Below, piece by piece: positions 8,103 through 17,063 of a DNA stretch of 32,000 nt. The notes beneath the pieces are model-generated. The model saw nothing but the letters and a program-made list of their open reading frames with translations, ran no database searches and had not been told where the DNA came from. The stretch comes from an uncultured Actinomycetes bacterium (GTDB lineage Bacteria > Actinomycetota > Actinomycetes > S36-B12 > CAIYMF01), in the NCBI GenBank assembly GCA_963843975.1, contig CAWJMG010000001.1:1080001-1112000 (forward strand), in the 5' to 3' direction. The position numbers and the translations under genes were made by a program. Within the stretch, counting starts at the first letter, position 1. Each line of letters starts with the position of its first letter.

Positions 8103-8420
8103 TCAGCGGATGCGCTCGACGAGCAGGGCCCAGAGGTCCGGGCCCTCCTGCTGGTACGTCGCCTCGAGTGCACCGGAGTGGATCTCCTCGAGGCCGCGCA
8201 GCAGCGGCATCACCTCGTGGGGTGCGACGAACACGACGCCGTCGTCGACGGGGACCGCGGCGAGCACGGCCTCGACGACAGCGCGACGGACCTCCGACGT
8301 GACCGTGCCCAGGTCGACGACGGGTGCAGACCCCTGGCCACCGCAGCCACCCTCGCCGCAGGCACAGCCCGCGCAGCCTGCTGTGGGCTCCGCCGTCACG
8401 TCGATCATCTGGTCGGACAT
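8103..8420 (-). CDS. DUF2249 domain protein with an N-terminal Cys/Gly-rich segment
   Basis: The C-terminal part (VVFVAPHEVMPLLRGLEE...YQQEGPDLWALLVERI) resembles DUF2249. I prefer the start at MSDQM (8420) over the ORF maximum (8465). Confidence 0.55.
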   Translation of the reverse strand: MSDQMIDVTAEPTAGCAGCACGEGGCGGQGSAPVVDLGTVTSEVRRAVVEAVLAAVPVDDGVVFVAPHEVMPLLRGLEEIHSGALEATYQQEGPDLWALLVERIR

Positions 8421-8571
8421 GACGGAGCCTCCGGTCGACGCACGTGAGGTGGTCCAGGCGGCCACGGAGACACCCTAGGGACGGCGAGCCGTCCCCGCTC
8501 GCCCGATGGATGAGCGTCCTCCCCACGGGTGAAGCTGCGCCGCACACCCCCGTGGCCGGGGCTCCGCGGGC

Positions 8572-8847
8572 TCAGACGACGTCGTCGCGGACCTCGGTCG
8601 TGACGACGTTGCGCGAGGTCTGCGGCGTCCCATCGGGCGCGACGGAGCCGTAGGGCACGCCAGTCTCGATGACCTGGCGACGTCGCCGCGGGGCGAAGAC
8701 GAGAAGAGTCATCAGGAGGCCGAGGACTCCGGCGCCCATCAGGATCCAGCCGACCACGTGGATGTCCACGCCGGCGACCTTCGCGTCCACCGCGAACGCC
8801 AGGATCGCGCCGACCGCCATCAGGAAGATGCTTGCTCCGATACCCAT
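8572..8847 (-). CDS. Small two-TM membrane protein (DUF6458-like, tentative)
   Basis: 91 aa. MGIGASIFLMAVGAILAFAV ... VVGWILMGAGVLGLLMTLLVF. GAGAGGGG RBS. Confidence 0.6.
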   Translation of the reverse strand: MGIGASIFLMAVGAILAFAVDAKVAGVDIHVVGWILMGAGVLGLLMTLLVFAPRRRRQVIETGVPYGSVAPDGTPQTSRNVVTTEVRDDVV

Positions 8848-8898
8848 GTCAGACCCCTCTCGGACGTGCTCCGGCGCGCTCGCGCCGAGGCACAGGTC

Positions 8899-9832
8899 CT
8901 ACCCGGCTGCGACCGGCTCAACCGCCGCCACGTGGTCGAGCTGGCGGATCTCCGGGGACTTCTGAGGGACGCAGACCGTGACCGACGCCGGGTGGACGTC
9001 GATGCGCAGCTTCTTGGTCGGCGGTCGGTCACCGCCGTCGATCTCGTAGGCGAGCTTCTTCTTCAGGGTGACGCGGATCCGGTGTCCGCTCGTCACGTCG
9101 ATGAACGGCGACTTCTCGGCGCGATCGACCACGACGCGCGTGACCGCGCGGGTCCACTCCACCGGCGTGCTGGCGGAGACCACCCCGACCTCGAGCACCC
9201 CGTCCTCGGGGCTGGCGCCGTCGAAGGCCTCGATGCCTGCGAACACCTTCGCCACATTGCCGACGAGCACGCACGAGAGCTGCCCCTCGTAGAACACGGT
9301 CCCGTCCACCTTCACCTTTCCCTGCACCTGCGCGGCGCTGATGTTGCGCAGCCCGGTCCAGAGATAGGCAGCACGGCCGATGCGGTCCTTCAGGCCGCGG
9401 TCGGCGTCCTTGATCATGAGGGCGTCGAATCCGGCGCCGGCCATCACGGCGAAGTGCTCGCCGTTGCAGACACCGGTGTCGAGCGCCTGCCGGTCTCCGT
9501 GCAGGGCGACGGCCACCGCCTCTGGCACGGTCGTCGGCACGTCGAGGTTCGTGGCCAGCAGGTTGCCGGTGCCGGCGGGGAGGATTCCCAGGGGGACGTC
9601 GGTTCCCGCAAGGACCTCGATGCACCGCTGCTGCATGCCGTCGCCGCCCCACGCGAGCACGACCTCGGCGCCCTTCTTCAGGGCCTTGCGCACCGCCTTC
9701 GGCGCGTACTTGCTCTTTGGCACCTCGTACCAGAGCACGTCGACGTCCTCCCGCGAGAGGACGTCGCGGAGCCTCGGGCAGCCCGCCACCGAACGTCTTG
9801 CCTGCGTGCGCGACCACGGCGACCTTGGTCAT
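8899..9832 (-). pseudogene. Diacylglycerol-kinase-like lipid kinase (DAGK catalytic domain, YegS/LCB5 type), apparent +1 frameshift near 9769-9775
   Basis: The N-terminus MTKVAVVAHAGKTFGGGLPE is in the 9832 frame, whose ATG forms an ATGA overlap with the PAP2 stop. The rest (LRDVLSREDVDVLWYEV...WGGDGMQQ...GILPAGTGNLLA) is in the 9789 frame. Removing one base from GAGGCTC on the coding strand restores GGGLPELRDVL. Confidence 0.75.
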
Positions 9833-10578
9833 CGGGGAACCTCTCGATGGGCCGGCGCTACGCCGACGGACGGTGTGACGGGTGGACCCAGGACGGGCGT
9901 GGGCGGGGCGTCACCCGGCCACCAGGTGAGCTGGGCCGCGCGACCCAGGACCAGCAGCGACGGGACGAACAGCCAGGCGGCGAGGACGTCCGTGGGCCAG
10001 TGGACGCCGAGCCACACGCGCGACCAGCCGACCCCCAGGGCCCACAGCGCGGCGACGACCCACACCGCGGTCTGCGCAGACCGGCTCGTCACGACGCGGG
10101 TGACTGCCCAGGCGAGCAGAAGGGCGGCGACGGTGGCGGCCGTGGTGTGGCCGGACGGGAACGACGGGCCGCCCGCGGCACCGGCCCAGGAGTCGGGCAC
10201 CGGCCGCTCACGGCCGACGAGCTGGTTCATGGTGAGACCGAGCACGATCCCTCCACCGGCCAGCAGGCCCATGCCGACCGCGGCGCGGCCACGGCCCCAG
10301 CGGCGGGTCACCGACTCGACGAGGACGACGCCGACCACGGCCAGCGGCACGGCGACGTCCACCTGGCCGAGGACGCTGACGGCGTTGGCGACGTCGATCG
10401 TCTCCGGGGTGCGGGTCTGCACGGCCCAGTCGTGCAGTGCGCTGTCGAGGGCCGGCAGCTCCGGCGCGCTGGTACGTACCCACGCGAGCAGGCCCACCCA
10501 CCCAGCAGTGAGTCCGGCACCGAGCAGCCAGGCTGCCCGCGCACCGCGTCGCACCACCTGCGGGTCCGTCGTCGCCAT
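9829..10578 (-). CDS. PAP2 superfamily phosphatase (membrane lipid phosphate phosphatase)
   Basis: 249 aa from MATTDPQ. Motifs VGRERP, FPSGHTT and SRVWLGVHWPTD match the PAP2 pattern (PSGH, SR-x5-H-x3-D). The listed 608-aa ORF is a GC-driven upstream extension. Confidence 0.8.
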   Translation of the reverse strand: MATTDPQVVRRGARAAWLLGAGLTAGWVGLLAWVRTSAPELPALDSALHDWAVQTRTPETIDVANAVSVLGQVDVAVPLAVVGVVLVESVTRRWGRGRAAVGMGLLAGGGIVLGLTMNQLVGRERPVPDSWAGAAGGPSFPSGHTTAATVAALLLAWAVTRVVTSRSAQTAVWVVAALWALGVGWSRVWLGVHWPTDVLAAWLFVPSLLVLGRAAQLTWWPGDAPPTPVLGPPVTPSVGVAPAHREVPR

Positions 10579-10650
10579 CCGTGCTGTCTTCCCCGCGCGT
10601 GGTCTCTTCAACCCTCGGCGGCTCTGCCGCATCGCACTAGGCTCGGCGGC

Positions 10651-11559
10651 GTGAGCACGTGGGACGCAGTCGTCGCGTCGCGGTCGTCGTACGAGCTCGG
10701 CGAGGGCCCGGTCTGGGACCCGGACCGCGCGATCCTGCGCTGGGTCGACATCCTCGGCGGCCGCGTGCATGTGGGCACGCTGGACGACGGGGGCGGCGTG
10801 CACGAGCAGGCGTCCTTCTCCCCGGCCCACGCGCCGGCGACGCTGAGCGCCGTCGCGGCCCCCGCGTTCCTGGACCACGAGCCCGGCACGCTCGTCGCGG
10901 CACACGACCGCGTGGTCTTCATCGACGTCGACGGCGGCGAGCACGTCATCGCCGTCCTGTGCGAGGGCGAGCCCCGACGACTCAACGACGGCGTCACGGA
11001 CCCGGTGGGCCGCTACCTCGTGGGCTCCGCGCCGATGGGCGAGCGGACGTTCTCCGAGCGCCTGTGGCTCGTCGACCACGACGGCACGGTCACGCTGCTC
11101 GACGACGACCTCGGGCTCTCCAACGGCCTCGCTTTCTCTGCCGACGGCGGCACGCTCTACAGCGTGGACACGTTCAGCCATGTCGTGCGCACCCGCCCGT
11201 ACGACGTCGCCACGGGCGCCGTGGGTGCGCGCACAGACTTCGTGCGCGTCGAAGACGGCTACCCGGACGGCATCGCGCTCGACGCGGACGGCTACCTCTG
11301 GGTGGCGGTGTTCGGCCAGGGCGAGGTTCGTCGCTTCGACCGCGACGGGACGCTGGTCGACGTCGTGCGCACGCCGGGAGCCCCGCAGGCGACCAACGTC
11401 GCGTTCGCGGGCCAGGACCTTCTCACGCTCGTGATCACCACTGCCCGCGAGGACATGACCGACCAGGACGTCGCCGACCATCCGCGGTCGGGCAGGCTGT
11501 TCACCACGCGCGTGGACGTGCCGGGCCTGCCGGCCCGTCCGTGGCGCGGCACGACCTGA
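10651..11559 (+). CDS. SMP-30/gluconolactonase/LRE family protein (sugar lactonase)
   Basis: GTG start, 302 aa. YELGEGPVWD, NDGVTDPVGRYLVGS, SNGLAFSADGGTLYSVDT and PDGIALDADGYLWVAVFGQGEVRRFD propeller blocks. Confidence 0.8.
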   Translation: MSTWDAVVASRSSYELGEGPVWDPDRAILRWVDILGGRVHVGTLDDGGGVHEQASFSPAHAPATLSAVAAPAFLDHEPGTLVAAHDRVVFIDVDGGEHVIAVLCEGEPRRLNDGVTDPVGRYLVGSAPMGERTFSERLWLVDHDGTVTLLDDDLGLSNGLAFSADGGTLYSVDTFSHVVRTRPYDVATGAVGARTDFVRVEDGYPDGIALDADGYLWVAVFGQGEVRRFDRDGTLVDVVRTPGAPQATNVAFAGQDLLTLVITTAREDMTDQDVADHPRSGRLFTTRVDVPGLPARPWRGTT

Positions 11560-11590
11560 CCACGCCTCACATCGACTAGGACGAGATCCC

Positions 11591-12452
11591 ATGAAGCTCA
11601 TCCGCATCGGGGCCGCCGGCGCCGAGAAGCCCGCAGCCCTCGTGTCCGACGGCACCTACGTCGACCTCTCCGACGAGGTCCGCGACTTCGACGAGGCGTT
11701 CTTCGGCAGCGGCGGCATCGAGCGGGTGCGCGGCCTCGTGTCCGAGCGCACCGCCGCGGGCGACGTGCACCAGCTCGGCGACCAGCGCCTCGGTGCGCCG
11801 TTCGCACGGCCGCACCAGATCCTCTGCATCGGCCTCAACTACAGCGACCACGCCGCCGAGACCGGTCAGGCGGTGCCCGACGAGCCGATCCTGTTCACCA
11901 AGTCGCCCAACACCCTCATCGGGCCGGATGACGACGTCCTCATCCCGCGCGGCGCGACCAAGCCCGACTGGGAGGTGGAGCTGGGCATCGTCATCGGCCG
12001 TCGCACGAGCTACCTCGACTCGGTCGAGGAGGCGCGCGACGTCATCGCCGGCTACTGCGTCGTCAACGACGTGAGCGAACGCGCGTTCCAGATGGAGCGC
12101 GGCGGCCAGTGGAGCAAGGGCAAGAGCTGCCGAGACCTTCAACCCTGCCGGTCCGTGGCTCGTCACGCCGGACGAGATCGACGACGTGCTCGCGCTCGAC
12201 ATGTGGCTCGACGTCAGCGGCGTACGCCGGCAGACGGGCACGACGGCGACGATGATCTTCGACCCGTACTTCCTGGTGCACTACCTCTCGCAGTTCCTCG
12301 TGCTCGAGCCCGGCGACCTCATCAACACGGGCACGCCTCCGGGCGTCGGCCTGGGCTTCAAGCCGCCGGTATGGCTGCAGCCCGGCGACGTCATGGAGCT
12401 CGGCATCACGGGCCTCGGCGCCCAGCGGCAGAACGTGCTCGCACCTCGATGA
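11591..12452 (+). pseudogene. Fumarylacetoacetate hydrolase (FAH) family protein, apparent +1 frameshift near 12124-12131
   Basis: The N-terminal 180 aa (…ILCIGLNYSDHAAE…DWEVELGIVIG…GYCVVNDVSERAFQ…QWSKGKS) are in frame 2. The C-terminus (ETFNPAGPWLVTPDEIDDV…GDLINTGTPPGVG…GITGLG) is in frame 0. Skipping one base rejoins them. Confidence 0.8.
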
Positions 12453-13480
12453 GCCGCACCATGCGCGCCTTCGTGGTCACCGCTCCGGGGGAGACGGGCG
12501 TGCAGGAGGTCGAGGCGCCCGTGGCCGCGCCGGGCGAGGTGGTGGTCGACGTCGAGCGCGTCGGCGTCTGCGGCACAGACGTCGAGTTCTTCACCGGCGA
12601 GATGCAGTACCTGCACGACGGGTTCGCGCACTTCCCGCTCCGCCTCGGCCACGAGTGGTGCGGCACGGTCGAATCCGTGGGCGAGGGCGTGGACGAGCGC
12701 TGGATCGGACGCCGCGTCACCGGCGACACGATGCTCGGGTGCGGTCGCTGCTACCGCTGCCTGCGCGGCGACCAGCACGTGTGCGAGCACCGAAGCGAGG
12801 TCGGCATCCGCAACGGCCGCGCCGGTGCACTGGCCGATCAGCTCGCCGTGCCGGTCACCTCGCTTCACGGCCTGCCCGACGCCGTCGACGTCGTCGCGGG
12901 TGCGCTCGTGGAGCCGGGCGGCAACGCGCTGCGGGCCGCCCAGGGCGCGCGCCTCTCGCCAGGAGACCGCGTGCTGATCCTCGGCCCGGGGACGATCGGC
13001 CTGCTCGTCGCGATGTTCGCGCGGGCTGACGGCGCCGAGGTGCACCTCATGGGCCACTCCGCGCGCACCCTTGACTTCGCCCGCTCGATCGGCTTCGAGA
13101 ACGCCTGGACCGAGGCCGAGATCCCCTCTCTCCCATGGGATGCTGTCATCGATGCGAGCAACGCCGCGTACCTGCCTGCCAAGGCGCTCGAGCTGGTCGA
13201 GCCGAGCAAGCGGGTCGTCTACATCGGCCTCGCCGGAAGCCACAGCCATGTCGACAGCCGCACCATCGCGCTGAAGGACGTCACCGCTGTCGGCGTTCTG
13301 TCGGCGTCCCCCGGCCTCGCCGGGACGATCGAGGCGTACGCGTCGGGCGCCGTCGACCCGCGGCCCATCGTGGCTGCGACCGTCGGGCTCGACGGCGTGG
13401 CCGACGTGCTGGCCGGGCACCGTCCGGACGGCGCGGGCGCTGGACCGAAGATCCACGTGGACCCGAGGAAGCGAGACTGA
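12449..13480 (+). CDS. Zinc-binding medium-chain alcohol/polyol dehydrogenase
   Basis: 343 aa. GVCGTDVEF, GHEWCGTV, structural-zinc loop GCGRCYRCLRGDQHVC, and GPGTIGLL Rossmann motif. ATGA overlap with the FAH stop. Confidence 0.85.
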   Translation: MSRTMRAFVVTAPGETGVQEVEAPVAAPGEVVVDVERVGVCGTDVEFFTGEMQYLHDGFAHFPLRLGHEWCGTVESVGEGVDERWIGRRVTGDTMLGCGRCYRCLRGDQHVCEHRSEVGIRNGRAGALADQLAVPVTSLHGLPDAVDVVAGALVEPGGNALRAAQGARLSPGDRVLILGPGTIGLLVAMFARADGAEVHLMGHSARTLDFARSIGFENAWTEAEIPSLPWDAVIDASNAAYLPAKALELVEPSKRVVYIGLAGSHSHVDSRTIALKDVTAVGVLSASPGLAGTIEAYASGAVDPRPIVAATVGLDGVADVLAGHRPDGAGAGPKIHVDPRKRD

Positions 13481-13481
13481 C

Positions 13482-14223
13482 ATGGCCGAGTTCGACGGGA
13501 TCGCCGCGATCGTGACCGGTGGTGCGAGCGGGCTCGGCGCCGCGACGGCTGCGCTGCTCGTCGAGCGCGGCGCCAAGGTGGCCGTGCTCGACCTCAGCAC
13601 CGAGACGGCGCCGCCCGGCACGGTGCCGATCACCTGCGACGTGTCGGACTCCGCCTCGGTCGAGGCCGCCGTGCACGCCGCGGCCTTCGAGCCTCGGCGG
13701 CATCGATGTCGTCGTCAACAACGCCGGCATCGGCGCGGGCGGCGACGTCGCGGCGAACGGCGACGACGAGTGGCACAAGGTGCTCGACGTGAACGTGGTG
13801 GGCATGGCGCGCGTCGCGCGGGCCGCGCTGCCGTACCTGCGCGAGTCGAAGCACCCCGCGATCGTGAACACGAGCTCGGTCGTCGCCGTGGTCGGCGTCA
13901 AGAACCGCGCGCTCTACAGCGCCAGCAAGGGCGCGGTCCTCGCGATGACCCTCGCGATGGCCGCAGACCATGTGGGAGAAGGCATCCGCGTCAACGCCGT
14001 CGCGCCCGGCACCGCCGACACCCCCTGGGTCGCACGGCTGCTCGACGAGGCCGACGACCCGGCCGCCATGGGCGAGGCCCTCCGACGACGTCAGCCGATG
14101 GGACGCCTCGTGAGCCCCGACGAGGTCGCGCACGCGATCGCCTACCTAGCGAGCCCCCTGTCGGCCAGCACCACCGGGACGGTCCTGGGAGTAGACGGCG
14201 GCATGGCCGGACTCCGGGTCTGA
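13482..14223 (+). pseudogene. SDR family oxidoreductase, apparent +1 frameshift near 13689-13695
   Basis: TGGASGLG N-terminus in frame 0. GGIDVVVNNAGI ... YSASKGAV ... PGTADTP in frame 1. Removing one C from GAGCCTC gives AAAFELGGIDVVVNNAG. Confidence 0.8.
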
Positions 14224-14245
14224 CCGCGGATACCGCGAGCTCCTA

Positions 14246-14274
14246 CCGATCTCGAGCGCTGTCAGCGAGATCGG
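14246..14274 (+). terminator. Hairpin after the SDR gene (9-bp stem, 11-nt loop)
   Basis: CCGATCTCG (14246-14254) pairs with CGAGATCGG (14266-14274). Confidence 0.4.
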
Positions 14275-14288
14275 CGATCCCTTGCTTC

Positions 14289-14317
14289 TTGACAATGGGA
14301 AGATATCTTCCCATTCT
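14289..14317 (+). promoter_or_regulatory. Predicted promoter (TTGACA, 17 nt, CATTCT) with an embedded perfect 22-bp palindrome AATGGGAAGATATCTTCCCATT; candidate PadR auto-operator
   Basis: TTGACA at 14289-14294. The palindrome at 14294-14315 fills the spacer. The -10-like hexamer is at 14312-14317. The ATG at 14324 is 7 nt after the -10, which implies a leaderless mRNA. Confidence 0.6.
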
Positions 14318-14323
14318 TTCCCC

Positions 14324-14674
14324 ATGGCCCGCCGACGCTTCGACCAGCTGCTGCCGCTCGAAGTGGCGATCCTCGAGGCGGGGCTCGCCCTGACCCGCGA
14401 CGGCAGCGAGTTCCACGGCTTCGCGCTCGCGGCGGCGATGGCGGATGTCGAGGGATCTCGACGGCTCACAGCCCACGGCACCCTCTACAAGGCGCTCGGC
14501 CGCATGGCCGAGCGCGGCCTCCTCACGGCCCGCTGGGAGGAGTCGTCGATCGCCGACGCCGAGGGGCGGCCCCGACGTCGTCTCTACCGCGTCACCGGCG
14601 CGGGCGAGGCGGACCTCGTACGGAGCAGCCGGCCCACCGCGCCCGTCGCAGCGGCCCGGGTGGCGACGACATGA
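14324..14674 (+). CDS. PadR family transcriptional regulator
   Basis: 116 aa from MARRRF. Winged-helix block HGFALAAAMADV...AHGTLYKALGRMAERGLLTARWEE...RRRLYRVTGAGE. Confidence 0.8.
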   Translation: MARRRFDQLLPLEVAILEAGLALTRDGSEFHGFALAAAMADVEGSRRLTAHGTLYKALGRMAERGLLTARWEESSIADAEGRPRRRLYRVTGAGEADLVRSSRPTAPVAAARVATT

Positions 14675-15324
14675 CACCCGCGCCCGGCGAACGAGCTGCC
14701 GGCCTCGTCCTGCGGTGGTGCGGTCTCTACACGCGGGGGCTCCCTGCTCCCGTCGCGGCGGACCGGCGCGACGAGCTCCTCTCCGACCTGCACGACCACC
14801 GCGCGGCGGCCAGGGCCGCCGGCCGGTCCACGATCGGGCGCGACGTCGCAGCCCGCGCACTCCTCGGCGTTCCTGCTGACCTCTCCTGGCGCACCCACCA
14901 GCTGCGGATCGCCCGATCCGCACGGGAACCGGAGGTCACCATGAGTGCACGAACATCGCTCGATGGCTGGAGCCGTACCGCCTACGCCCTTGGTTCCACA
15001 GTCGCCCTGTGGTGCGCGGTCGTGGGCGTCGGCATGCTCCTCGACGCCGGCGACGCCGCTGCCGGGAGCGAGGACTACACCTGGCGGATCTGGCTGGGCG
15101 GCACCGGGCTCGTCATGCTCGCCCTCAGCATCCACGGCCTCCTCGGCCTCCGCACGCACCCGACCCGCGCGTCGGTGGAGCTCGCCGTGGCAGCCATGGT
15201 GACCACCGTCTGGATGTTGTGGGCTGCGCCGGTCGTGCTCGCGGGCGTGGCTCTCATGGCCTTCTTCGCGGCGTACGCCGTCCGCAGCCGCTCGGCAAGG
15301 CGCCGCGAGGCCGTCCCTGCCTGA
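14671..15324 (+). CDS. PadR-associated membrane protein (cytoplasmic helical N-domain plus about 4 TM helices)
   Basis: 217 aa. ATGA overlap with the padR stop. N-terminus RWCGLYTRGLPAPVAADRRDELLSDLHDH, followed by hydrophobic helices. Confidence 0.6.
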   Translation: MTPAPGERAAGLVLRWCGLYTRGLPAPVAADRRDELLSDLHDHRAAARAAGRSTIGRDVAARALLGVPADLSWRTHQLRIARSAREPEVTMSARTSLDGWSRTAYALGSTVALWCAVVGVGMLLDAGDAAAGSEDYTWRIWLGGTGLVMLALSIHGLLGLRTHPTRASVELAVAAMVTTVWMLWAAPVVLAGVALMAFFAAYAVRSRSARRREAVPA

Positions 15325-15334
15325 CACCGACCGG

Positions 15335-15374
15335 GCGGGAGCCGCGGAACCTCGCCAGGAGAGGCGGCTCCCGC
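15335..15374. terminator. Bidirectional hairpin between convergent genes (11-bp stem)
   Basis: GCGGGAGCCGC (15335-15345) pairs with GCGGCTCCCGC (15364-15374). Confidence 0.5.
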
Positions 15375-15389
15375 TCGCCCTCGCGCCGC

Positions 15390-17063
15390 TCAGTGAGGGG
15401 TGCGGGAGAGGTGGCGGCGGGCGTGCTCGATCGCCTCGGGGGTCGACGCGAACACGTGCGCCTGGTGGGCTAGGTGCTCGTAGACGCCGAGGGTGGCGAA
15501 CACGGTGTTGTGCTCGTCGCGGATTCCGCTGAGCAGCACGGTGATCCCGCGCCCCTCGAGGTCGCGGATGGTCTGGCCGAGCACGGTCGCCCCGGTGGCG
15601 TCGAGCGTCTGCACCCGACCGAGCCGCAGGATCACGACGCGTACGTCGCCCACCTCCGACAGCTCGAGCAGGAAGCGGTGGGCCGCACCGAAGAACAGCG
15701 GGCCGTCGAGGCGGTAGGCCACGACGTGCTCGTCGAGGAGCGCACGCTCTGCGTCGCTGTGGTCGCTCGTGTCGAGCGGCGTCTCATCGAGGTGGGCGGA
15801 CCGCGAGACCTGCTGCAGCGCATACAGACCCGCGACCACGAGCCCGACGATGACGGCGGTGACGAGGTCGAACACCACGGTCGCGACCGCGGTGGCGACG
15901 AGCACCAGGGCGTCGCCACGCGTCGCGCGCATGAGGGCTCGGAGGTTCGACACCTCGACCATCTGCACGACGGTCGCGATCAGCACGCCGGCGAGCGCCG
16001 CGAGCGGAATGTGCCCGACCCACGGAGCGGCGACGAGCATCACGACGAGCAGGGCGACGGCGTGCGTGGCAGACGCCAGGCGCGAGCGGGCGCCGCTGCG
16101 CACGTTGACCGCCGTACGCGCGATGGCCGCCGTCGCCGGGACGCCGCCGAAGATCGGCGCGACGAGGTTGGCGAAGCCCTGGCCGAACAGCTCGCGGTCG
16201 GAGTCGTGCCGCTCGCCGACGCTCATGCCGTCGGCGACCGTGGCCGAGAGCAGGCTCTCGAGCGCTGCCAGTGCGGCGACGGCGAGAGCGGGGACGACGA
16301 GCGAGCTGCGCTGGCCCCAGGCGACGCTGGGCAGCGCCGGCGCCGGGAAGCCGGTGGGGATCACGCCGATCGTCTCGGCGGGAAGGCTGAAGTAGGAGAC
16401 CGCGAGCGTCGCCACGATCACGGCAGGCAGCGACACCGGCAGGCCGGGCTTGAACCGGATAGCGAGCAGCATGCTGATCGCCACGAACGCGGCTACGAGC
16501 ACAGGCGCCCACTGCGGCGCCTCGAACCACAGCCGCACCGCCTCGATCGCGCGGCCGAGGACCTTCTCGCCCTCGACACTCACGCCGAGCGCGGACGGCA
16601 CCTGCTGGAGTCCGATGATCACGGCGATCCCGAGCGTGAAGCCCTCGACGACCGGCAGGGGCACGAACTGCATCCAGCGACCGGCACCGATGAGCGCCAG
16701 CACGATCAGGAAGACGCCGGCGAGCAGGCCGACGACGAGGACGGCGCTGGTGCCGAACTGCGCGACGATCGGCAGCAGCACCACGGTCATCGCACCCGTG
16801 GGCCCGCTCACCTGCAGGTTGCTCCCCCCGAGGAGAGCGGCGACGAGGCCTGCGACCACGGCGGTCACGAGCCCGGCACCCGCACCCAGGCCGGACGCGA
16901 CCCCGAACGCGAGGGCGAGGGGCAGCGCCACCACCGCGACGGTCAGGCCGGCGATGAGATCGCGCTTGGGGTCCCGTCGCATGGCCCGGTAGTCCGCGGC
17001 CTGGGGCAGGAGCGCGCGCACACGGGACAGGACCGCGGCGGCACCGGCGTGGTCGGTGCTCAC
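15390..17063 (-). CDS. SulP family inorganic anion transporter with C-terminal STAS domain
   Basis: 557 aa from the GTG at 17063. DLIAGLTVAVVALPLALAFG N-terminal signature, many TM helices, and a STAS block (YRLDGPLFFGAA...ILRLGRVQTLDATGA). Confidence 0.85.
   Translation of the reverse strand: MSTDHAGAAAVLSRVRALLPQAADYRAMRRDPKRDLIAGLTVAVVALPLALAFGVASGLGAGAGLVTAVVAGLVAALLGGSNLQVSGPTGAMTVVLLPIVAQFGTSAVLVVGLLAGVFLIVLALIGAGRWMQFVPLPVVEGFTLGIAVIIGLQQVPSALGVSVEGEKVLGRAIEAVRLWFEAPQWAPVLVAAFVAISMLLAIRFKPGLPVSLPAVIVATLAVSYFSLPAETIGVIPTGFPAPALPSVAWGQRSSLVVPALAVAALAALESLLSATVADGMSVGERHDSDRELFGQGFANLVAPIFGGVPATAAIARTAVNVRSGARSRLASATHAVALLVVMLVAAPWVGHIPLAALAGVLIATVVQMVEVSNLRALMRATRGDALVLVATAVATVVFDLVTAVIVGLVVAGLYALQQVSRSAHLDETPLDTSDHSDAERALLDEHVVAYRLDGPLFFGAAHRFLLELSEVGDVRVVILRLGRVQTLDATGATVLGQTIRDLEGRGITVLLSGIRDEHNTVFATLGVYEHLAHQAHVFASTPEAIEHARRHLSRTPH

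Noticed and set aside
8758-11559. 933-aa plus-strand ORF spanning the lipid-kinase and PAP2 region
   Set aside because: Only the last 302 codons (from the GTG at 10651) encode a recognisable SMP-30/gluconolactonase protein. The upstream part is antisense to two well-supported minus-strand genes and translates to Arg/Asp/His-rich nonsense.
9829-11655. 608-aa minus-strand ORF
   Set aside because: Only the C-terminal 249 codons (PAP2 motifs, start MATTDPQ at 10578) are credible. The remainder is antisense to the lactonase gene.
11591-13480. Apparent 629-aa FAH-dehydrogenase fusion protein
   Set aside because: The middle about 100 residues are Arg-rich out-of-frame translation. The true FAH C-terminus is in another frame (12186-12452), and the dehydrogenase has its own ATG at 12449 overlapping the FAH stop.
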